56,418 nt of DNA from positions 1-56,418 of IMG/VR virus record IMGVR_UViG_3300048872_000176. The stretch is one strand, 5' to 3'. The position numbers and the translations under genes are program-made. Shown here in pieces: positions 25,846 to 34,500 of this stretch (the stretch's first letter is position 1; the number at the start of each line of letters is the position of its first letter). The notes under the pieces were generated by a model, which searched no databases, had not been told where the DNA came from, and was given only the letters and a program-made list of their open reading frames with translations. The stretch comes from a virus (lineage: Duplodnaviria > Caudoviricetes).

Positions 25846-26550
25846 TTGCCTAATTGTATTTATTGCGGGACTTCGATCCCACCTGACATCGGTATGCGTT
25901 GTGTGAAATGTAACTCCACAACCGCTACGCACAAAGATTATGATAAGGAATTTCAATACGCCGATGAAATAGAACCGAATGTCGCGAAAATTATGGAGCA
26001 GACTGAGCAACGTACGATCAGTCAGTCTTCCACGCAGGCGAGGGAAGAGTTCTACCGTTTGTACGAACAGAACGTGAACGCCCGTAAAGAGCACCGCTTT
26101 CGGGACCAAGAAGAACTTCACACGAAACGTACGGGTCATATTTATCACATGTCCGAGTTTCTTAGACTTTTAAAAAAAGCTCTCCCCGCGGGATACAACG
26201 CTTGGTACACCGATAAAGGTGGTATGGCTAACACTCTTGGTCTTTACGTCAGCCATCCGATTGGCCAGAGTCTGAATCCGCTTTGTTCGCACGAAAAAGA
26301 CCAGCCTCACTACGTAGGGTTCGTACAGGTTCCCTGGATGCAGGAGTTCGAGGAACTTCACTTCGACCGCTACAACATTCCGCTTGGTTCCAAACGCCGG
26401 GGATGGCGCACGATTTTGCTGAAACTAATCGAGTCTAAGGTTTTGTCTGAAACACAGGCGCACGAAGTTTTTGGTGCCCCTTTAGGTGACGTACTCAGCA
26501 GACGTTACTTATCGTATTTGCAGTTTTTAAGAAATAAAGAAGTTCAGTAG
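25846..26550 (+). CDS. hypothetical protein, N-terminal Zn ribbon
   Basis: AAGGAG RBS, TTG start; CxxC..CxxC; RRGWRTILLKLI. Confidence 0.75.
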   Translation: MPNCIYCGTSIPPDIGMRCVKCNSTTATHKDYDKEFQYADEIEPNVAKIMEQTEQRTISQSSTQAREEFYRLYEQNVNARKEHRFRDQEELHTKRTGHIYHMSEFLRLLKKALPAGYNAWYTDKGGMANTLGLYVSHPIGQSLNPLCSHEKDQPHYVGFVQVPWMQEFEELHFDRYNIPLGSKRRGWRTILLKLIESKVLSETQAHEVFGAPLGDVLSRRYLSYLQFLRNKEVQ

Positions 26551-26558
26551 AAACAACC

Positions 26559-26580
26559 GCGGTAATTAGCCGCCAAGGAG
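26559..26580 (+). promoter_or_regulatory. GCGGTAATTAGCCGC hairpin plus RBS (copy 2)
   Basis: Matches 22480-22500. Confidence 0.65.
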
Positions 26581-26586
26581 ATGTAA

Positions 26587-27111
26587 ATGAGTAACGAATT
26601 CGATAATCCAGATCTGAAGGATTTCACTACAGTTCTGGAAAGCAAAACCAACGCCGACGTTCTCGCTGAATTGTCCGCGCTGGAGCTTGAGGAAAAACAG
26701 CTTGATTTGGAAATCAAGCGTGAGTCCGTAGCGAGGATTCGTGCGCAGCGTTCCGCGAAGCTTGAAGAAGCCCGCGCTAAGATGATTGCGACGAAGCAGT
26801 TTCTGGCACAACGTGCAGCTAACCAGGAAAATTGCAACCACCGTAAAGGGGGAATCGGTGCGGAAGCCGTCATGCGCGGCCAAGGCACGGACGCGATGTA
26901 TTCCGTTATTAAGCACAAGCTGCCTTGCAACCGCTACTTTGTTTTGTGCGCACGATGCGGTAAAGAATGGCACCCGGCCCAGCCGTTGTTCGGTATTAAA
27001 GCTACGCCCGGTTACGATGAAGCTCTTCGTTTCCCGAGCGACAATACCCCGAGCGGGTCCAGCACTTTTATGTTCGAGCGGACGGAAGCAGTCTCCGCTT
27101 CACAGGAGTAA
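26587..27111 (+). CDS. Coiled-coil plus Zn-binding hypothetical protein
   Basis: CNH...CARC; strong RBS. Confidence 0.75.
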   Translation: MSNEFDNPDLKDFTTVLESKTNADVLAELSALELEEKQLDLEIKRESVARIRAQRSAKLEEARAKMIATKQFLAQRAANQENCNHRKGGIGAEAVMRGQGTDAMYSVIKHKLPCNRYFVLCARCGKEWHPAQPLFGIKATPGYDEALRFPSDNTPSGSSTFMFERTEAVSASQE

Positions 27112-27113
27112 GC

Positions 27114-27302
27114 ATGGCTAAAACCGTACAAGAGATGTCCGCAGCGGAGTATAAAGTTTGGATGCTCCAGAATCCGGACGAAGCTAAAAAACTGGACGCA
27201 CCAACCGCTGCTCCAATCATTCCAGTTGTTGTGTGGCGTAATGGTGTTGCTGTTCAGGTAGTGGACAACCATCAGGCTTCACAAAACGGAGTGATTCAGT
27301 AA
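27114..27302 (+). CDS. Small protein carrying a copy of the scaffold C-terminal motif
   Basis: VQEMSAAEY....LQNPD vs scaffold VNAMSASEY...LQDPE; AGGAG RBS. Confidence 0.7.
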   Translation: MAKTVQEMSAAEYKVWMLQNPDEAKKLDAPTAAPIIPVVVWRNGVAVQVVDNHQASQNGVIQ

Positions 27303-27328
27303 TATCTAAAATGGTAGACAAGAGTATC

Positions 27329-27384
27329 TTGCGAGATGGCTGGCGGGTCTCGCAATTAATTTCTGTCGATCGAAGTCCGCCAGC
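27329..27384 (+). other. Candidate H-type RNA pseudoknot in 5' leader
   Basis: Stem ttgcgaga/tctcgcaa; loop gctggcgg complementary to ccgccagc (27377-27384). Confidence 0.5.
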
Positions 27385-27404
27385 AAAGTTTAGAAAGGTA
27401 GCCC

Positions 27405-28730
27405 ATGCAAGTGGCCTACAATCGTGCTCAAGTCGGAACCCGAGCGGCTGAATGGATCAACCCTAAACAGGGGGAGATTCTTATTCCGGATCGGGCAACC
27501 GCTTATAAGCACATCGAATCGTTCGAGCGCCAGCTTCTCGGGATTATGTCGAAACACAAACGTGCGGAACTTTTGATTGCCTGTGCGATGGTTTACGAAG
27601 CTATTGGCGATCAAAGAATGCTTCCCGCGGCGGAAGACGCCTTTCGGGTTACGAAAACAAGCACGACGGCCCATCTCATGGCCGTGGCTCACCATCACTT
27701 CGGACGAATCCAAGAAGCATGTAACTTTTACACTCTGGCTTACCGTTTTCCGCACGAAGATGGCTTTAACGTCGATTTAGCCTACACTCAAGCCCTACTC
27801 TTCCAAGGAAAGTGGTCTGAAGCGCACAGGATGACCCTAAGGCTCAAAAAGCGCATGGTGTATGCGGCTTACCTGCCCGAGTGGAATAAGCTTCCCTGCG
27901 ACCGCCTGAGCGTGATTTCCGAAGGTGGGTTCGGAGACTTAATCCAATGTGGTCGGTGGTTGCCCATCCTTCAGCAGATGTGCAAAAAGGTTACAGTCTA
28001 TCTTCCGCCGTTCTTTTTTGATGCTGGGTTCATAGACCTTTGGCGAAAACAACCCTGGTGTCCTGAAATCAAACTCCTGACGGAGTGTCCGCAAGACGTG
28101 CCCGCAGTCGGCTTCTTCGATCTACCCGCGGTGTTTGATGTTCAGCCGGATGAGCTTCCTCCGAGTCTGACTTTTAAAGCCGACCCTGTTTTGTCCGAAA
28201 AATACCGCTTTGTTCGGACGATGCGTTTTCCGAACGCTGATTTTCCAACCATCGGTTTTTGCGGAGTCGCTCGGCAACAAGAAGTTCCACTCGTGCCTGA
28301 CGGAATTTATAGAGCCTTGACGGAAGACCAGTCGTTGAAAATTCTCCGCGCCGGATTCGAACATGTTCGCTTTGTAAACCTCCAAAAAGATTTAGACATG
28401 GACCAGTTTCCCGGAATGCTTTTAGGTCGTCCGGAAATAAAATCCTGGGAAGACACCGCAGCGATTATCGAAAATCTAGACGCGATAATTACGGTGGACA
28501 CCGCGGTCGCACATCTTGCCGCCGCGATGGGCAAACCCACGTACATACTTTTATCCGGCGCAAGTGATTGGAAATTCGGTATCAGCGGAGAAACTTGTCC
28601 GTGGTATCCAAGCATGAAATTAATTAGAAACGATGGCTGGGGTTTTGACAACGCCGTCGAAAAGGTTATCAAGCTAATCGAAAATGGCGAATTCAACCAC
28701 CACCCTCGCGAAAATTGTACAGTTTGCTAA
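27405..28730 (+). CDS. TPR-containing GT-B (GT9-like) glycosyltransferase, second copy
   Basis: TPR-like N-terminus; EGGFGDLIQ; LDAIITVDTAVAHLAAAMGKP; PWYPSM. Confidence 0.85.
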   Translation: MQVAYNRAQVGTRAAEWINPKQGEILIPDRATAYKHIESFERQLLGIMSKHKRAELLIACAMVYEAIGDQRMLPAAEDAFRVTKTSTTAHLMAVAHHHFGRIQEACNFYTLAYRFPHEDGFNVDLAYTQALLFQGKWSEAHRMTLRLKKRMVYAAYLPEWNKLPCDRLSVISEGGFGDLIQCGRWLPILQQMCKKVTVYLPPFFFDAGFIDLWRKQPWCPEIKLLTECPQDVPAVGFFDLPAVFDVQPDELPPSLTFKADPVLSEKYRFVRTMRFPNADFPTIGFCGVARQQEVPLVPDGIYRALTEDQSLKILRAGFEHVRFVNLQKDLDMDQFPGMLLGRPEIKSWEDTAAIIENLDAIITVDTAVAHLAAAMGKPTYILLSGASDWKFGISGETCPWYPSMKLIRNDGWGFDNAVEKVIKLIENGEFNHHPRENCTVC

Positions 28731-29760
28731 AACCCATCCAGACATCGCTCCAATCGTACAAACCACTGCGGGCGGGAGTTCCCTCGAACCCGCGCTGACG
28801 ATTTGCAGCGACGTTATGATCGAGATTTGTTCGCAGGTTTTCAATTGGAAATGGAACAGGCTGGCCCTGCCTTTATTTTATACGAATTCTTTTCAGCAAG
28901 ACTACGCACTCAGCGTTGTGAATCTCGGTTGGCTTGAAGATGGGTTTTTGCTGGACATCAACAACACAGCTTATCCTCAACCTATCTGGCCCCTCGAAGT
29001 AGTAAAGTACGTGCCGCGGACTTCCACTCAATATGGAATGCCCGGTCAGGTTTGCTGGCTTCCGAACAACCAACTTTTCTACGCAACCTGGGGTGCTGTA
29101 AACATCGGTCAGACTCAGAATGGTGGGGTCGGGCCGAACCCTCAAGCTCTTCAAGCAATCACCAATCCTGTAGGACTCGCGACTGCACCGAACAACCCAT
29201 GGACCCAAGTAGCTGATGCGTTCGGTAACTTCTGGGTCGTGACTACGTATGGTACTACGGGCGCGACTACTCCGTTTGCTTCCAACCTCAATCCTGTTTT
29301 CCCAACCCCTAACAATCCATCCGTGACCGCAACGACCGTTACTGACGGGTCCGTTGTGTGGACTGCGGTCAATCCCTCAGGTATGGGTATTCGCTGCAAT
29401 CCTCTTCCACCTCAAACCGGGGTCACATATCAGTTTAATATTTTCGGCCAGTACCGTCCGTTCGCTTTTTCGAGCGGTCCTTTTACGCAGCTTTCTCAAA
29501 CCATCGAACCAGTGCCCGATGATTTCGCGAAACGTTTCCGTGATGGATTTATCGCTCTGGCTTATCAGCATTCACAAGACCCGAAACTGCGTGCGAAATC
29601 GCAGGAAATGTATGCGATGTGGATTCAATCCATGATGGCCGGGCTTCGTGCGGGGGATCGCGAACGAGACAACGAAGGATTTTATCCTAGTAATAGTATT
29701 TTGCAAGGCCCTACCGGAATATACCCAGGTCCTGCATACCCCTGGCCAATCTCATGGTAA
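28684..29760 (+). CDS. Head-tail adaptor-like protein with inserted beta domain
   Basis: FNWKWNR...QQDY, PVPDDF...; paralog of 30609; DGSVVWT insert. Confidence 0.65.
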   Translation: MANSTTTLAKIVQFAKTHPDIAPIVQTTAGGSSLEPALTICSDVMIEICSQVFNWKWNRLALPLFYTNSFQQDYALSVVNLGWLEDGFLLDINNTAYPQPIWPLEVVKYVPRTSTQYGMPGQVCWLPNNQLFYATWGAVNIGQTQNGGVGPNPQALQAITNPVGLATAPNNPWTQVADAFGNFWVVTTYGTTGATTPFASNLNPVFPTPNNPSVTATTVTDGSVVWTAVNPSGMGIRCNPLPPQTGVTYQFNIFGQYRPFAFSSGPFTQLSQTIEPVPDDFAKRFRDGFIALAYQHSQDPKLRAKSQEMYAMWIQSMMAGLRAGDRERDNEGFYPSNSILQGPTGIYPGPAYPWPISW

Positions 29761-30608
29761 AGGAAAACAAAAACATTCTGTTCGTTTTAGGCCGTCATGG
29801 TCGAACATCCGGAAACGAAAACAACGTTTACCGTGGACACTCAAACGCGGAGTTTGCGCAACTTGACGCTGGAGGCCGAAACGACGCCCGTGAAGAAGGT
29901 ATTTTCCTGCAAGGTACTGGATTGGTTTTTCCGCTAATTATAACGGATGATCTCGACCGGACTTTCGAAACCGCACAAATCATAGCCAGCATTTTAGGCA
30001 TTAAGCCTGAAAATATCATGCGCGATAAGCGTCTGCGACCCCTTGATATGGGGGATTGGACCGGAAAAAAGAAGGACGAACACCCGCTTGACTCTTTCAT
30101 GAAAGACAAGTCTAAGAAAATTCCTGGCGGGGATTCACTTAACAGTTTGAATAAACGACAGTCGGCAGCGTTCGCGGATGTTCTTGAAACTGTCGCGAAA
30201 CTCCATGCTCCTGTGCTTGTAATCGGTCACGGCACAAATGCTGGATTTCTTCATTCACATGTGAATAAAAGTTCTGAAGAAATCGGCTACGAAGGACTCA
30301 CACACCCAGGCGGCGTTTCGATTTTTACGAAAGAAGGAATCACGCCCGTTTATAAAAAGCGGGAGGGTGCTCCTCAACTTTTCAAAGACGGCACGGAAGT
30401 TTCAGGGTTTGTTACGGACGAAGAAAATCGCCCGCCTCGGGAGTGCTGGAATTGCCGAAATTTCGTGTCAGTAAATGGTCTCGGAGCTTGCACGCACACG
30501 CTCGTCCTAATCGATCCTAAACTCGCTGACCGCCGACAAGCAGATGGAAATGTAGCAGTTGGCGAACGGGACTGCTGCGATAACTTCCGTAACAAGATAG
30601 GAACTTAA
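29754..30608 (+). CDS. Histidine phosphatase family protein with C-terminal Cys cluster
   Basis: RHG, L.RT.ETA, LRP.DMGDW.G, PGGDS, VIGHG; CWNC...C...CC. Confidence 0.85.
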   Translation: MVKENKNILFVLGRHGRTSGNENNVYRGHSNAEFAQLDAGGRNDAREEGIFLQGTGLVFPLIITDDLDRTFETAQIIASILGIKPENIMRDKRLRPLDMGDWTGKKKDEHPLDSFMKDKSKKIPGGDSLNSLNKRQSAAFADVLETVAKLHAPVLVIGHGTNAGFLHSHVNKSSEEIGYEGLTHPGGVSIFTKEGITPVYKKREGAPQLFKDGTEVSGFVTDEENRPPRECWNCRNFVSVNGLGACTHTLVLIDPKLADRRQADGNVAVGERDCCDNFRNKIGT

Positions 30609-31544
30609 TTGGCTACCACCATCACGCTTTTGAATTCCATCGGTTGGGCTCAATCTTACACTGGGTTTAAATCACTGACTGTTGGTACATCTTCAGAGCC
30701 TGCGGTTAGTTCCATGAATATTTTGATTCAAACGGTGTTAGGTCCGCCCTTCTCGTGGAATTGGAATCGTTCGGCTGTTCCGCTCACTACGGTTGCGGGA
30801 ACCCAAGATTACGTCACGTCCGCCGCGTCTTTCGGTTTCATCGAAAAAGCCGACTACAAAATTCCTGCCGCTACGATTACAAATACATCTTTGACTTCGG
30901 GAATTGCGACGTACACTGCAACGAACACTTTTCAGGCGGGCGATTTAGTCACGATTACTGGGCTTACGAACAACCCAACCGTTTTGAACATTACAAATCA
31001 GACTGTTGTGGCTGCGACTTCCGCGCTTTTCACAGTCAAAATTAATAACGTAAATATCGTCTCTGGAGCAGACACAGGAACTGCGGTGGTTGGAACCACG
31101 ACGGAAATTAGTGAGACAACTACAATTTTAGGAACTGGTTCCGAGCGTGGCGCACCAAACAAAATCGCTCCGCAGGTGGACGACAACGCCAGTAACATCA
31201 CTTTTAGAATCTTACCTGTGCCAGATCGCGTTTACACAGTGAATGTGATTTTCCAAAAACGAATTCCCGCCTTAGTCACAACTACAGCGGGAACTTGGGC
31301 ACCAATCCCTGACCATTATTCCTACATCTATCAGTGGGGGTTTTTAGCTCTCATGCTCGCGTACAACCAAGACGGACGCTGGACTCAAGCGAATCAAAAG
31401 TTCGTAGCGGGACTTCTTGGCGCGGCTGAAGGGCTTACAGAAGAAGACAAAAACATTTTCCAAGCTGCGTGGCTTGGTTCGATTACTGAACAACAAACGA
31501 CGGGAATGAAAGCGCAGCAAGGCGTAGGAGCACGGTCTAGTTAA
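30609..31544 (+). CDS. Head-tail adaptor-like protein with inserted small beta-barrel
   Basis: FSWNWNR...AGTQDY, RILPVPD..Y, PIPDHY. Confidence 0.65.
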   Translation: MATTITLLNSIGWAQSYTGFKSLTVGTSSEPAVSSMNILIQTVLGPPFSWNWNRSAVPLTTVAGTQDYVTSAASFGFIEKADYKIPAATITNTSLTSGIATYTATNTFQAGDLVTITGLTNNPTVLNITNQTVVAATSALFTVKINNVNIVSGADTGTAVVGTTTEISETTTILGTGSERGAPNKIAPQVDDNASNITFRILPVPDRVYTVNVIFQKRIPALVTTTAGTWAPIPDHYSYIYQWGFLALMLAYNQDGRWTQANQKFVAGLLGAAEGLTEEDKNIFQAAWLGSITEQQTTGMKAQQGVGARSS

Positions 31545-34500
31545 TGGCTAACGCACTCCAAGCGGTAGGGTCGCACGGCGATCACGACAGTGGCTGGGCA
31601 CCGATTTTTACAAATCGGTTTTTCCTCGGGCTGTGGACGAATCGTAACCCGCTGCGAGCCCCCACGGGGGTGATATACGAAAATTATTATAGGTTGGGTG
31701 GAACAGATGCGCTTATCGGCGGGAACAACGTAGAAATCTCCAACCGCCTTACCATTTGTCGGCGTCCGGGTAACACCGCAGGGCTTACGAATTTCGTCTC
31801 ATCCTCAAACATTCCTGATATTCCCGATTCATTTTATTCTTTCCACGAAATCGGTGGGACGATCCGGGTTTTTGCGGACACACCGACAGCACCATATTTG
31901 ATTGGTGGCTACACAAACGGGGCGGGCACTGCTTCGCAAGGGATAATTCCAATCTTTACGAAAGGTGCGGGCGTAGTCCAGTCTTTTTTCCAAGGCATTG
32001 GCCAATCTCTTTATTTCAGCGACACGGCGGAACAAGAGAAGTGGCTGGATTTTGGCTCGGGAAATCCCGGTAACAGTTTTTCCGTAATCACTGCGACTTC
32101 TTTGACAAGCAACGTCGCTACGATTACTGCGATTAATAATTTTGCAATCGGCCAAACTGTTGTAATCAGTCAAACTACGAACAACGCAGGAACGTTTAAT
32201 ACGACCGGAATCATCACGGCTGCTAACTCCAGTCAATTTCAATTTGCTTTAGTCCATGCAAATATCTCGCCAGCATCTGACACAGGATTTGCCAATGCTT
32301 GCTGGAACCTGGGGATAATTGCGCCCACAATCGCCCCGACTTTGAATATCGTTGCTAGCGGTGCCGCAGCGGTAGCGTGGCAGGCCAGCACTTATTTTTC
32401 CACAATGGGGTTGGTTGTTGACGGCAATAATAACGTTCAGGAACTGATTTCCGTCAATAACACTGGAACGAACACAACACCTTTCGGGACCAGCGGTGAT
32501 GGTCAGCCTCAGTGGAGTGCGACTCCCGGCGCTACGACTTCTGACAATACAGTGACGTGGACAAATTGGGGTCCGATTGTTCTGTGGACTGCGCACACGA
32601 CCTATTCTAACCACCGAACAGGTGGTGATTTAACGAACCCGGCGTACGTGTACGATCCGGTTTCCGACACGATTTGGGGAAACGATTCCGCTGGCGGGGC
32701 ATCTGGAATTTCGGGTGCGGCTAAACCCGCGTTCGCGAAGAGCAAAAAATTCATCGCGGATGGGTCGGTCAATTCCTGGATCAACGTTTCAGGCGTTGGG
32801 ATTGCAGCCAATCAAGGCACGATTTTCTTTTGGCAGCCGAATCATCTTTACAGCCCGTCTTTTTCAAGCACAAACAGAAATTATAATGCTGCGATTATCG
32901 AACCCATCGCGTTGCCCGCGCCATCTAATCAAGTTATTTTTTTCCAGGTTGCGACGACAGGTGGAACTTCTGGTGGTTCCGGAACCCCACCTTTCCAGAA
33001 TCTAGGCGCGGCAACTCAGACGTATGACAACGATTTAATTTGGCTGAACCTCGGCAGTGCGACTTGGGTTGCGCTTACGAACTACACTGCGTGGACGGGA
33101 ACGCAACCTGTTTTTAGTGTGATTCAAGATACAAACGGGAATATGCAGGTCTGCGTGGTGTCTGGCCAAAGCGGGGCGACTCAAGCTCACCAACAGTGGC
33201 AAGCGAACCACGCTTATTCAAACACAAATACAATCGTTGATACAAATGGGCGTTTGCAGACCGTTACATCGGCGGGTACGTCCGGCGCGGTTAAGACTCT
33301 CACGACTTCTGATATTACGTCCGGGGTTGCTACGTACACGACTTCAACCAACCATGGTTATGCGGTAGGCCAGCAAGTCACGGTTGTTACGAGCAGCCAT
33401 GATTCTGCTTTTAATGTAACGAATGCAATTATTACCTCACTTCCGACTGCGGCGAAATTCACAATCAATCTCGCGCATGATGATATTGTTTCAGCCGCCG
33501 ACACAGGAACTTCTTACGCTGGGCCAACTTGGGCACCTTCTGGTACGACTACGGATGGCGGTGTGACTTGGACTGCCGGGTCTACTACGACTGGATGGGG
33601 GGTTAATTACGGCGACACAACCCTGGATGGAACTGCGAAATGGGTTTGTGTAGGTCCTCCGATGGCTTGGGCCGCATCCACGCTTTACCATCTCCCGCCT
33701 CCAGGATTTGAACCGCCTTCGCCGTCGCAACCATTTGGTGGATCGGAAGTTATTTCAACCGGGTTCGTACAAGCTACAATTCGTTCGGGTAAGTCCGCAG
33801 CTTCGTTGCCGACTTTTTCAAACACGATTGGTAACTTTACAATTGACAATCCTGGGGCTAGTGAAATTATTTGGACGAACGCTGCGGCCTTCAGTCAAAA
33901 TTCGATTTCATGGACGAAGGGCTATGGTTATGTTTACGCTTACAAAGCGCGTGGTACTTTCGATCAGTATGCTCCGCTTCCTCTTGGCGGTGGACTTAAT
34001 CCTCAAGGCTCCGGATTAGGCACAAATCCCGCTTGGTCTGCGGGTTCTGGTGGTCTCACACCCACGGGTAGTGCGGATGGCAGCGTTTCAACCGCATCTC
34101 CCAGCGTTCAAATGGCTGTCGGGATCAATTCTGGTTCAGTAGTGAACATTTCAGGGTTGGGTAGCACTGATCCACAAGTTGATACGGTTTCGATTTTCCG
34201 TACGTTCGATGGTGGCGCGACTTTCTTCTGGTTGACGGACATAAAAAATCCCCAATCTATTGGTGGAATCGCCCAACCATGGACCTTCCAAGATTTCTTG
34301 CCCGACATTGCTACGGATTTGTTCCTTGGTTTGAACACCCTCGTTCTCGCACCTATTAATCACTCGAATGACCCTCCGCTTGCAGGCATGATTAATCTTA
34401 CGCAGTACTTCGGACGCATTTTCTATAGTGTTGGGGCGACTGTGTATTGTTCGCAAGGTCCGAACGTAGGTGGACCGAGCCAACCTCCAGGCAACGGTTA

